A stretch of DNA of 63,763 bases, counting the filler, from Folioceros fuciformis (lineage: Eukaryota): the NCBI GenBank assembly GCA_049999805.1. It is 3 parts of 3 records of this genome, joined end to end, with 100 filler letters (N's around TTAATTAATTAA, not from the genome) between each part and the next. Parts side by side here need not be neighbours in the genome. Positions count along the whole stretch, not along the records: positions 32,770 to 63,763 come from JBNGIO010006268.1; 2 more parts are not named here. The stretch is one strand, 5' to 3'. The notes beneath the pieces were generated by a model, which saw only the letters and a list, made by a program, of their open reading frames with translations, was not told the DNA's origin and did no database searches. A program made the position numbers and the translations under genes. Below are positions 50,970 to 63,300 of this stretch, piece after piece. The stretch's first letter is position 1. Each line of letters begins with the position of its first letter.

Positions 50970-51278
50970 ATGACGAGTTCGCTCCTGTTGATACTGGCAA
51001 GCTGCGCACTCGGGATCGCCATATTCCTCCTCGGACAGCATGTGCAGAAGGAGCTGCGAAGAGCTGCGCGCAGAATGCAAGCAAAGAGAGTATCATATGC
51101 GCACTGGAGAAAACACGACGCAGAACTGGAGATGACTCTGGCGGGATGGTAAATCAAGCTGTCGATAGCTGTGAGCATCGACCCAGAAGCTGGCCATACT
51201 CCATCAAGACGATTGAGAAGGCGCGAGCTGGTGATGAATAAGCTGGCAACGGCAGCGAAGATTCCATTGCCAGAGTAG
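50970..51278 (+). pseudogene. Antisense TM ORF of Copia C (102 codons, one in-frame TAA)
   Basis: MTSSLLLILASCALGIAIFLLG..ELEMTLAGW*IKLSIAVS..RRRELVMNKLATAAKI; resembles the element D antisense ORF on both sides of the stop. Confidence 0.6.
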
Positions 51279-51362
51279 CATCAGGAGCCGTGATTGGATG
51301 AGGGCGCTGAAGATTCATCCACGGACAGCTGATGCTCATCTTGGCGAGGTAGCTGTAAATCC

Positions 51363-54300
51363 CTAACCCGCCAGAGGAAGGATAGCCTGATAGTCTGTAA
51401 GGCCCATCTCTGCAAGAAAAAGGCTGTGCTTGATGCGAGGCAGCGCCTTTGTGAGTAGATCAGCTAGATTCTGATCTGTAGGGATATAAGCAATGTTGAC
51501 GATCTTCCTTTCAACAGAGTGGCGCACAAAATGGTGCTGAATCTCAATATGTTTCGTACGGGCGTGAAAACGAGGGTTCCCCACCAAGGCAATCGTCGAA
51601 CGATTGTCACAGAATACAGTAGTCGGCCGAACCTGAGGGAATTTGAGGCAAGCAAGGAAACTCCGTGCCCACTCTGCCTCCTTGGTAGCATCGGTAAGTG
51701 CCTTATACTCGGCTTCGGTCGAGGAAAGGGCAACTGAAACTTGCTTTTTAGTGCTCCAATTGACAATTGCCCCAGCAAGGGAGAAACAATATGCAGATAA
51801 GCTCCGACGAGTCTCAGGGTCCGAGGCCCAATCTGCGTCGGCATAAGCTTGCAACACAAAATCTGTATCAGGTGAATCACCACGGTAACAGAGTCCATAT
51901 GTTGATGTGCCCTTTAAGTATCTCAATATACGTTTGACCGCTCCCCAGTGATCCTTCCTAGGATTTTCGAGAAACTGAGAGACACAGCTCACAGCGTGCT
52001 GGATATCAAGTCGAGTCCAGCATGCTATGTAATTTAAGCAACCGACTGCATGTCGGTACGGTATATCAGCCATGTCCTGAGATTCCTCATCTGTCTTGGG
52101 AGACTGATCACAGGTAAGTCTCAAACCTACCACACCAGGTGTGCTTACAGGTTTCGCTTCGAACAAATTAAAACGTCTAAGAGTTTCATGCACATATTTG
52201 GTCTGATGCAGGATAAGGGTCTTGTGGTCACGATCCCGAAGCAGTTGAACTCCGAGAACAAAGGTAAGGACTCCGATATCCTTCATGTCATACTGTTTAT
52301 GTAGCATCTGCTTGACCCAGTCCAGAAGTTCCCGATCATCAGAGGCTAAGATGGCGTCATCCACATATAAAGCCAAAATAACCAAGTGTCCATTTTTGGA
52401 ATACATGTAGACATTAGAATCAGTGGGGTTTTGAACAAAACCGATCGACTTCAGGTAAGCATCGATTGTTTTATACCATTCACGAGCACTTTGTTTTAAA
52501 CCGTAAATGGTCTTCTTAAGTCTGCAGACCCAGGTTGGGTGAACAGGATCCACAAAACCTTCAGGTTGCTCCATGAAAATGTCTTCCTCTAATTCACCAT
52601 AGAGGAATGCAGTGGAAACATCCATCTGCTCAAGATCCCAGTCACGAGCAGCAGCTAAGGCAAGAATCATACGGATGGATTGTGTCTTGACTACAGGACT
52701 AAAGGTGTCGGTGTAATCCACACCAGCAACTTGTGAGAAACCACGTGCGACGAGCCTGGACTTATATCTGGCAATCTGGCCTTTGGCGTTTAATTTATGC
52801 TTAAACACCCATTTACAGCTGATAGCCTTGCGTCCAGCAGGTAAGGGGCAAAGTTCCCAAGTATCATTCTTGATGAGAGAATCATACTCGTCCTGTATAG
52901 AAGGTATCCACTTATTCTTATCTCGGCCTAATATTGCTTCTTGATAAGATCTGGGTTCTGTAGGGTGCTCCGTTGAAGAGGAGAAAACTGTAGGGAAGTG
53001 AGAAACCAACCGCGAGGATCTAGGGTTTCGAAAATCAATGGCCTCATATGGTTTTTCATGCCACTGATCCCTAGGGTTTCGAGTGCGACTAGGGTACCGT
53101 CGCTCTTCAGGAGCTGAGGGCTCATAATTTTGTACTGCAGGTTGAACAAGAGTTGGGTGTAATGCTTCATCATCATCAGAGGAGGCATCTACATCAGAAA
53201 TAACATTTTCCAAGCTATCCAGCTGATCAGCATCATGATCATGAGGTTCAGGGTGTGTTGCTTGAGGTTCTGTCTCTGCATAAGGTTCAGGCGGTTCAGG
53301 CTCAGCATCTTCTAACGGCATGTCAGAAACAGGAGACGGTGGCTGAGCAGGAACTGGTAAATCAGCCCCAGAATCAGGTGGAGTGCCACCCCCTGAACAT
53401 GAACCGTTATGAGTTCCACACCCTGAACCGTGAGCAGCACCACCTGAAGCAGGGAGCATATAGAAATCTTGAGGAAATTCAGAGACAGCAGTGTCGAAGT
53501 CATCAAAAGGATGCTCAGGGGATGCGGCAGCATCAGCAGATTGGTGAGTAGCTGGATAGGTAAGCTCCTTAAAGGTAACACTGCGGGCAAACGAGCAGCT
53601 GCGAGAAGAAGGGTCATAAAGTTTGTAGGCTTTAGTTTCTTCGCCATAACCGATAAAAATAAGAGGCCGAGCACGATCCTCTAACTTTTTACGTTGCTTG
53701 GCAGGAACATAAGCATAGGCCGGGGAGCCAAAGACACGAAGATGAAGGAGGCTTGGCCGACGGTGCCAAACTAACTCAAAAGGTGTCCTTCCCGCAACAG
53801 AACTGGTAAGCAACCGATTTAGTATGTAAGTAGCAGTGACCACGGCTTCAGCCCAGTAAGCCTTGTGAAGACCCAACCACTGTAGCATGCTGTGGGTCAT
53901 GCCTAAAAGAGTCTGATTGCGTCGTTCAGATACGCCGTTTTGTTGCTGTGTATAAGGGACAGCAAGCTGGCGTAATATGCCTTGATCAGCCAAATATTGA
54001 TCAAAAGCAGGGTTTACAAATTCGGATCCATTGTCGGACCGCAAGCACCGAAGTAACCGACCAGTCTGTCTTTGAACCATGGTAAGCCATTCTTGGAAAA
54101 CTCCAAAGGTGTCTGATTTCCGCTTGAGAGGGTATGTCCAACTATACCTACTATAATCGTCTGTGAGAGTAAGGTAATAATTGGAACCGCCAAGAGAAGA
54201 AACATGTATCTTACCTGAAATGTCTATATGCACCAGGTCAAGAACATTAGAGGTTCTAAAAGCGACAGTGGTTGGAAAAGGCAGTTCCTTTTGTTTGGCA

Positions 54301-56387
54301 ATAACACAAGAATCGCATAAGGGAAGATCCTTAAAGCACTTGGACAAAGGCTCCCAGTAACAGTCTGTATTTGACATTATGATCAGGTTGTTTTTATTAG
54401 CATGACCTAGGCGTGCATGCCAATGTTGTGCTAAAGCTGATTGAGTTTGTGAGGCCACAAAGGTACTTCAGGCTGGTGAGCAGCTTATATCCAGCTGATA
54501 CAAGTCATCCACCAAGATACCCTTGGCGATAGGAGCAAGTTGATCTTTATATTTAAGGAGGCAGCAATCAGCTGCAAAGGTGAGATCAAACCTGCGGGAT
54601 TTCATCAGCTGACTGACTGATAAAAGATGCTTTGCCATATTAGGAACATAAAGAACATGTTCCAGCTGCAAGGCAGAGCCATCCTTAAGGCGGAAAGTAC
54701 ATGTGCTTGAACCGAGAATCTTTAGTCCTGTACGGGTAATCTCATCACCAAGTAAAACCTTTTCTGTGGTATGGGCAGGAACATAATTGCTAAGTAATTT
54801 CCTGTTGTGGCAAATGTGCGAAGTCGCGCCAGAATCCAAATACCAGGAGTCAGGCTCACATGCAGAGATATGGTGACTCACTGTCATAACAACGGGCTGC
54901 TTGCCAGAAGATGATGCTTGGTGAGACCGGTCTTTGGAAACCGTATGTGCCTCAGCCACCTTATGTGACTTCTCGGCCTTTTTCGGTTCTCCATTCTTTT
55001 TCTTCTTACATTCCCGTTCCCAGTGTCCTTGAATTCCACACCAATTACATGAACCAGCTCTCTTTCCTTGAACTGGCTTGACAACGCCACTTCCTGGAAG
55101 TGTGTTCTTTGCCTTGCCCTGAAACTTACTCTTGTTTGAGTACAGTACTTTATCAATTTTCGTCTTGCGTGTAGTAGAGTGATGAACTTTGCTTTGCTCT
55201 TCTTGGAGTAAAGCTCCAACTACATCTGTAAAGGAGATGTTGGGCGCTAAGCCTAATGCTGCTGCATGCTGAGCAGCATTTAGGATAGCACCATAACTGG
55301 AGACGAAAGTTGGATAACTTGGTGGGAGGCTGCTGAGGAGCTGTGCAACTGCGTTAACGTCATCAAGCTGTGTGCCTAGAGAGATCAGCTGTGATCTCAA
55401 GAGCCGAAACTTGGCAACGAAGGTACCAACTTTCTCACCTTCCTTCATACGTAGGGAGAATAATTCGGTACGTACAGTGCACAGCGTGTGAATATTTCTG
55501 ACATCGTAAATTTGTGCCAGTTGCTTCCAGATGTCCTCTGCCTTAAGCAGGTAGGCTACGTCTGGAACAAGAGCCTCATCTAATCCACTGATGAGTAGGG
55601 CACGCGCAACGCTGTTGGCGTTCGCCCATCTGTCCTTCTCATCCTGTGTGGCATTAGGTGGAGGTTCTGCATACTGTCCTGTAACAACCAACCAAACGTG
55701 TCTGGCTTCCAGGGCCGCGCGCATCCGGACACTCCAAACTGGGTATTTGGTGCCATTAAACCTGTCACGTTCCTTGAATTCAATAGTGTTAGTAGGCTGA
55801 TAAAGATGTGGTTGTGCAGCGTGCGGACCAGGTACAGATGGGTTTGAAGGAGGAACTGGTGGCCCTGGAGGATTCGGAGGTGGTGTGGGGTTTAAAGGAG
55901 GAGGAGGTGGAATTGGTGGGGCTTGTGCGAAACCACCTAACCCACCATACCCACCATAATTCCCTCCGAAACCCGTGTACCAGTTTGGGATTCCGAGACC
56001 TCCAGGTGCGGTATAAATCCCAGCCAAAGGATTCGGGAAGAGCCCACCGCTGCCAACAGAAGGAGTCGTGAAGAATCCTGGTACTGTCATGCCGCTAGGA
56101 TTGTGGGCGATTCCACCAGCCGCTGCGGAGACACCTCCCGATGCAGCAACTCTGCCAGGTAAGGCGGCTTCGCCTGAGACACCCCTCCTGGGTGTTGAGG
56201 TTCCCTGTGTCTGAGTTGCGACCCCAGCAGAATGTGCGCCGGAACCAATTGCTGGTGAATTGCTGTGACTCGTGCTGGGTGCAGTGCTTGCATTGACACC
56301 CGTTTGGGCCGCAGAGGATGCGAAGCCATCTGCGTCGCCAGAGTCACCTTCATCACCGGAGCCGAACTGGATTCTGCCATCACTCAT
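51363..56387 (-). CDS. Gag-Pol polyprotein of Copia C, interrupted by a single in-frame TGA (54468-54470)
   Basis: CNWCGIQGHWEREC, WYLDSGAT, WHARLGH, DDE integrase (LRSDNGSEF, QQNGVSERRN), RT (MDVSTAFL, LYVDD), RNase H (YADADWA, TKHIE). The two listed ORFs share one frame: ..SPA*STFVASQ.. Confidence 0.95.
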
Positions 56388-56633
56388 TCTGCTGTACAGT
56401 ATCGCGAACTGGAACTGTAGACCTGCAGGTGAAAATCACGCACCACGAGACCTTGCGGTTACAGGTATGAACCAGTTAGGTTCCACACCCGCGTGCCGAT
56501 TGGAATTGTTGAGTGTCTTCCACGCTGTAAGTTGCAAGTCTGTCGATTTGATCGATCGCGTCGCTTCAAATCTCACATTCCTTGTAATGGCATCTTGCGA
56601 TTGATGCAGAGATGCGCGCGTGGGCAAGACGAA

Positions 56634-57062
56634 TCAGAGAAATGCAGATCTTCTCCGACGTCTTCGAGTGGCCTTTCGATTCATCAATGTCTCGCGAAAT
56701 GCTAGGCTGACGGCTTCGTCCAAATCAGTTTCTGATTGTAAAACACTTGGATCGTTTCCCACAAGAAGATCCTCCAGCAGAGAGTAAATTCTCTCACACC
56801 TGTCAATCACATTGCGTAGTTGAATCTGTCGAGGAGGCCTCTGCGAACGAGAGCTCTCTGCCTACGAGGATCTCCGCTGGGTAAAATCCTGATCACAATC
56901 AGACGATTGTCTGCAATTCCGAGAGTGATTTGAAGCCGTTTTCAAGCAAGGTCTGACTATCCTGAAACTGTCTGCAACTGGGCTTCGTTCCCAACACGCG
57001 TTGGTCGCAGGTCTGACATTTCTTGAAAACCGGGCGCTACTCTCAAAATCACGACAAGGCAT
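56634..57062 (-). pseudogene. ORF0 of Copia C, one in-frame TAG
   Basis: MPCRDF..RRSS*AESSRSQRPPRQIQLRNVIDRCERIYSLLEDLL..RKATRRRRRRSAFL*. Confidence 0.45.
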
Positions 57063-60000
57063 TTTTGCCAGGATTTCTTTCTCCGCTCATTTCAGAAATT
57101 GAAGCAGATGTATTCACTTTAGACTGTATACTGCGCTATATAGGAAGGAAAAAATGCTGACACACGATCCAAAAACCATAAGACTTATGACAGATGGATC
57201 ATGTAGTCCTCATTTTTTCTTCCTATCTGTATGCATTTTTGTCTATAGTAGATATGCTAATTTCAGATGATTGCAGCGGAAAGATGTCTCTAAGCTAGAC
57301 ATTAAAATACATATCTGGGAGAAAAAATTGAAACCATAAAATCCATAAGCCACCAAAATTGTGATTAATGGATATTGTGGTTCTCTTTTTTTTTTTTTTT
57401 TTTTTGACATATGTATATATATTTGTAGACTAGCATCTCTACAAATATGATCAATCTATTATCTAGAATATGGCTCTGATACCATGTTAGGATTTTGTAG
57501 AGCGGAGCTAGAGAAATCTCATAGTTGGCAAAAAGATAATTAATTACTCAGCAAAAAACTGTTTTTTAAATACAAGTGTAAATGACTCTTCATATATTGA
57601 CGCTTCAAATTAGGGTTTACTAATAAACCAAGACTTAAATCTAAGCTACGTGGTTACCTATACCAGGGATGGTATGCTAACAAGGCTTGCGTTTGGGGGC
57701 TAAGAGAGCACTTTGTTCATCTTGGGTAAGCCATCGTCTTGCTCGTGGAGCTCTTGTCAAGACTGTGATAGGGCGTAGAGAAAGTCAAAGGAGCTGACTT
57801 TCTCTCCATCCTTGCTTCTACAAGAGTCCCTCTACTGAAGCCACCTTAAAGGATTGTGGGCCACCGTCGCCTTCTTGCATGGAACAAGGAATGCCTGGTC
57901 GAACTCCAATGGGGCCTCATGGTCATCGATGTCTGAGACTCCCCGCCAACGATCAATGCTATAAGGCCCCCAAGCCTCCTTGGCCACCTCCAGCTTATGA
58001 AGCAAGTCCTGCTTTATCACCACATTCATCCCCTCCTGCACCCAGGCATACATTAGACGAATGTGATGTACAAGGATACCAAAGTTCTCCCAGACCTCCT
58101 CCACCTCTCTCCAGCAGCCCTCAGCGCTGTTCCATAAGAGCCCAAGTTGATACACTCCTTGGCGACCTGCAGCCCCAAAGATTTGCAAATGAAAAACACT
58201 CGAAACGAACTCTAGTGTCCACAGCCTCCGAAAACGTTGTAGAGGGATACCTAAGACATCGTCCATGCTTGAAGGAGGGGATGGCATCATCAATGACTTC
58301 ACTTCCAGGTAGCTGCTCCAAATGGATCTAAATAGTGGGGAGCACTCCATGGTGTTTAATAGTGGTTTATCTGCCAAGATATTGTTGAATGACCTTCTTC
58401 CTTGTGGAACCGCTTGTGTGCCATTTAGGAGCTATCTAAGAAGACTTTTCCATGGGTAGCGAGTTGGGTCCCATGATTTAACCACCCACTGCGCATGTAA
58501 GGCCTTCATCTTGCTGGAGGGGTCAACTAGTCTCAGGCCCCTACCCATCAATGTTGGATTACATGAGTCCACGCCACTTTATGAGGTGACGTTACCAACT
58601 CTAGTGACCTATCCCATAAGAAGCTGCCAATCACCTGTTGCAGCTTCTTAATTTCCATCCTGTTTGGAGCGCATAAAAAAAAGGTAATACCATTGGGATG
58701 CCGACAAGATATGGTTAGTCACAACCAGCCTACCAGCTAAGTTAAGATCTAGGAGCTTTAAACTTTTGGCTTTCCGAATAAACCTGAGGCATACAAATTT
58801 GCCAATTGCTTCATTTTCCTCCAATTCCTGGAACGATAGACCCAAATACTTATGGGATGATCCAGCCTAGACTCTGCTAATATGCTTGATGCATTCAGGA
58901 ACTTCCCCCTCCAAGTTAGTACACATCATTCGGGTCTTGCTCCAATTTACCTTGCATCCAAAGAGAAGCCCAAAGATCTGTACCTGATGAAGAAGAGCTT
59001 GTAGAGACGTCTCTGTAGCAGAGAATAAAAGGAGAGTATCATCCGCAAAGGCTGATATCCATAGTTTGGACCCATATGAGAGGATCAGACCTTCAATCTC
59101 TGGATCTTGTTTAACAGCCCTTAGAAAAGAATCAATGACGATGATGAATAGGAAGCGTGCCAACGGGCAGCCTTGACGCACGAAGCGGGAAATGTCAAAC
59201 CTCTCCGTGAAAGCCCCATTGACAGCTACCTTGGCTCCTGCGTCTTCGCATAAGATGCCCACCCATCGGCAAAAGTTGTTTCCAAAACCGAAGCTCCGGA
59301 GGCACCTCCACAAAAAAGGCCATTCCATAGAGTCGAGCGCCTTGTAGAAGTCCAATGAGATAAGACAGCAAGCTCACCCAAGGACATGGCCTTAGACTTG
59401 GCTTCTAGCAATAGCAGAAGATTATCAAGAATGCATCTATTCTTTATGAAGCCCCTTTGATCCTCCTATCCATTCATCCAAGAAAGGTTTGGCCCTATTA
59501 GCAAGCACCTTTGCCATAACTTTGTAAGTTGTGGTAAGCAAAGTGATAGGCCGCCAATTGGAGATTGAAAGGCTTGCACCTTGCTTAAGTAATAGGGAGA
59601 TGACTCACAAGTTGAACCACTTGCCCATAGTACCTTCCTCCCTCATTAAATGCACAACCTCCGTAAAAGTGGTTCCAAAAATTCCCAGCCCCAGAGAAGG
59701 AATTCTACCAAGATGCCATCATGTCCTGGCGACTTATTCCTTGGCAAGGAATTTAAGGCTTGATCAACCTCCTCTGCAGATATTGGTCTATCAAGCATCA
59801 TGTGTTGCACCTCAGACACTTTGGCCGGGAGATGGTTGCAAGTTGAGGTCCAAATCTGCTCCCACCCTATAGCTTTGCCAAAGTTGGAGACGATTTAGGG
59901 TTTAGGGCGACTCTTGAATCACACCATTAGCGTTCTGGAGAGTGGGAATTCTGGCCTTGTGCTTGTTAACAGATACCTTGTCAAAAAAGAACTTAGAAGG

Positions 60001-60605
60001 GTAGTCACCTTCTCTTACCCACTTGACCTTGGCCCGCTTGAACTACCCGTGTGCTCTGTCTTCCTCAATCTTGGCTAACGAGCATTGGGCATCCAGGTGA
60101 AGGCTTTCATCCCCACTGTTCAGGCCTTGTTCTTCTCCTAAGCGTTGCAGGTGACTCAACTCCTCCCTTAGAAACTCTTCCCTTTTCCTTTGCTCCTTCT
60201 CCCGCTGAGCCCTATATCTCCTTAGGAAACTCGTTGCTTGACTATTTGCTTGCATAAATTTGAGCACTGCAGGATCCTCTCCCTTCTTTGCTTCTTGCCA
60301 AAGATGCTTAATCTGGTCATCGACTCCTTCTTCTGCTAGCAAAGACGTGTTCACTCGGGACGAAGTTCAACCTGCTTAGTTTATGTCTACCTAAGCTAAG
60401 AGCCAAGCAGAGGTGCAAGCTGATTGGGTGATGGTCCGATTGGATGGTGCCCGCCACTATGTTGTAAGCTAGCACTGATGGCAACCAACTCGTGGGAATG
60501 TAGAACGTGTCAAGCCTTCTAGCCACTGGAGCCACGACTTGCAGATTCGACCAGCTAAACAAGAGTGAGTCATTCTAGCGATGAGCTAGTAGCGCTAGCC
60601 AGGGG

Positions 60606-63300
60606 TGTAAATTTACGGGCATGAACAATGCTCGTTATAGAGTGCGACAGCCAAGATGACTAGAAGCACAAGACTCATAAGTACAAAAATGAATAAGTGA
60701 ATAATTACATCTCAAATGTCTGTTTATATACTAAACCCTAAATAGTCCATGTAGATACATTTGTCCAACCCTAACATAACTAACTTAAGCTTGTACCAGG
60801 GTTAACATAACTTTACACTCCCTCTTAAGCTAGACAAGCGTAAGTAGGCACATGCCAGACTTCACGCCCACCAAACGAACTTGATCGCACCCGGATGCAG
60901 CTGAACACTGTGAGCCAGCGATGGTGATCCAACTGGACACTGCCCTGGCTTATATTTTGGCATCCCTCTTCGTAATCACACGTCTTGCAATTGCTGTTGT
61001 GATGAAGATGAGAAGCGGGCAGCTGTATGTTGGGAAGGCAGGCAGTGGCAGCAATCGACGAGCGAAGGGAAGGATAGAGCGAAGACCTGAGCCTAGCTCT
61101 CAATCCAGTGTCCATGAGCCGGAAGTTGTGATAGATGGGGACGAGCAACGCTTGTGTTGTGGCCAGTATCTCAACATCAGAGGATATAGAGTTGAGCTGA
61201 ACATCACCCTCAGCTGGAAATGGCCAACACAGAGTGTAGAAGATGAGGCAGGTGAATCGCGGCCATGGACGGAGGAGGAAATCGAGCGAGAGATTGGCTT
61301 GCTCACACGCCTCAGGGAGGCTGTGAAACTCATGGGTCAACTCAAGCAAGATGGAGAATACGGGATGTGACCCATCAAGCAGCCAGGCGAGAAGGCAAAC
61401 GTTGAGCTTCATCCGCCTGCTGTCGATAATCTGAACTGTGCTGAACATACTGTAACTGCGCCCTAACCAATTTGTTGTTGCGGGGCTGTAGTTCCCATAA
61501 CTTGGAGGTTAGGAGGCAATTGATTTATCATCCATATCATCAAGCACGGGTCCATAAAACTGGGTCCCTTTTAGGTATCTGAATACTCGTTTAGTAGCTA
61601 CCCAGTGAGCTCGACCAGGCTTATCTAGAAATTGTGACCGAGTACTGACAGAGTACTGTATATCTGGTCAAGTCTAGTTTGCAACAAACAGGAGACTGCC
61701 TACTACATGGTGATAGGGAATATCTACCATCTTATTTTGTTCCTCAGCAGACTGAGGACACTGTAAGCTTGTGAGCTTGACTCCTAGGGCAAATGGAGTA
61801 GATGTAGGACGTGCTTCATCAAGCTTGAACTTGTGCAACAGTTGTTGGATGTACTTGTATTGGTGTATGAACAGGAGACCTTCAAATCTGACCCGAAGCA
61901 GCTGGATACCCAAGCAGAATTTCAATTCACCTATGTCTTTCATCTCAAATTTGTTGCTCAACATTGTCTTTACTTCTGCTAACAAGATCTGACTATTTGT
62001 CGCCAGAATCACATCGTCCACATATAAGGCGAGCACAACATAATCATTTCCTCTCGACAGTCTGTAGACATTACTGTCAGCAGCACTTTGAATGAAAGAA
62101 ACATTCAGCAAATATTTGTGTATAGTCAGATACCACACTCTACCACTTTGTTTCAAGCCATAAATCGTTTTAAGTAGCTTGAGAACTTTCTTAGGATGCT
62201 TAAGATCCTCATAACCCTCTGGTTGAGTCATGTAGAGATCTTTGTCAAGGGATCCATACAAGAATGTCGTACAGACATCCATCTGATGCAAGTCCAGATC
62301 ATGCTCGGCTGCAACTGCCAAAATCACCCTGATGGATTGTGATCTAACTACTGGGGAAAATGTTTCCTGATAATCCAGGCCTTCAACCTGAGTGAAACCT
62401 CTCACTACCAAGCGTGCCTTGTAGCGAGCTATCTCTCCTTTTGCATTCAGTTTGACTTTGAATACCCATTTGCATGATATGGGTTTTCGATCAGGAGGAA
62501 GATCAACCAATCTCCAGGTTTGATTCTTTATCAATGAATTGTACTCATCGTCAAGTGCAAGTTTCCACTTGTCACGTTCTGCACTTGAATATGCTTTTTT
62601 GAGTGATTGTGGTTCCAGATGTAATGTCATAGACATTGAATAAACAACCTCAGCATATGCAGTTGTGAAATCAATTGATGTGTATCGTGGTTCTCTCCAT
62701 TGATCCGGAGGAGGAGGATGTCAGGAGGAGCGTCTAAGTGGTTCAGGTTCAGGTTCCATTGCCACTTGCACGGGTGCAAGAGCATCATCAGCCATTTCTG
62801 CAAGATCTTCGTTTCCATATAGGAAATCATAGCCCAGATTTTGATCACCGTCAGGTGCATCATTAGCTCTCTCTAAGCCCAACCCTTCATTTTCAGTAAT
62901 TGGAAACTCATCAGCAGGTGGGTCAAAATCATTTCTTGCTAGTGGCATTTGCTGTACAGGCTGCACAGGTAGTTGATTCTACGCAGGTTGATCTGAAGTG
63001 GAGAAAACCATATCAAAGTCTTCTTCTGGAAACCATGATGCTGAAGTTTCACCTTCAATGAGGTTAGTAGCGTTCATCTCCAAACTAGCCCAAATCCACC
63101 AGCCAGATCTAGCTCTAGTCCGTTGGTTTGGATAGGCAGCTTTAATCCCCATGATAAAAAGCTTGTACAGGGGAGTCCATAATTCACCATCATCTTCTGG
63201 TTCCTCCACTTGCACAAGCAACCAATTTTTGTCCACCAAGTCTATCACCTGCATTTGCGCAAATATACGTTTCAACACCATTGTGTCATCGTACCTGTAA
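60606..63300 (-). mobile_element. Truncated Ty1/Copia element D (3' LTR 60606-60817, antisense ORF, RT)
   Basis: TGTAAA..TTTACA LTR; PPT AAGAGGGAG; RT 61674-62636 (KARLVVRGF, LYVDD); RNase H deleted at about 61550. No integrase or 5' LTR recognised in the window. Confidence 0.88.
60921..61370 (+). CDS. Intact antisense membrane-anchored ORF of Copia D (149 aa)
   Basis: TM ALAYILASLFVITRLAIAVVM, basic linker, LNIRGYRVELNITLS, C-terminal helix; candidate 5' UTR intron GTAAGT..TGCAG at 60840-60900. Confidence 0.65.
   Translation: MVIQLDTALAYILASLFVITRLAIAVVMKMRSGQLYVGKAGSGSNRRAKGRIERRPEPSSQSSVHEPEVVIDGDEQRLCCGQYLNIRGYRVELNITLSWKWPTQSVEDEAGESRPWTEEEIEREIGLLTRLREAVKLMGQLKQDGEYGM

Larger units (their letters stand above)
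50723..57682 (-). mobile_element. Full-length young Ty1/Copia element C (6,960 bp)
   Basis: 198-bp TG..CA LTRs at 50723-50920 and 57485-57682 differing by 1 nt; TSD AGGCT; PBS at 57473-57484; PPT at 50921-50930; domain order gag-PR-IN-RT-RH. Confidence 0.98.
45340..60605 (-). mobile_element. L1-clade LINE ORF2 remnant split into three pieces (about 45340-45703, 50314-50722, 57683-60605) by Copia insertions
   Basis: EN end RRLDTFY..SDHHPI (60317-60562); RT DFYKALDSMEW..VRQGCPL..FADD..KVNWSKT; the zf-RVT motif HMFFHCKFAREV is rejoined across the AAGAA target-site duplication. Confidence 0.85.

Noticed and set aside
50970-57062. U-to-C RNA editing to remove the in-frame stops
   Set aside because: Reverse editing is known only for organellar transcripts; C>T decay explains the pattern more simply.
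62979-63281. 100-aa ORF upstream of element D RT
   Set aside because: No integrase motifs; probably a junction between the pol linker and unrelated sequence, so it cannot be assigned.
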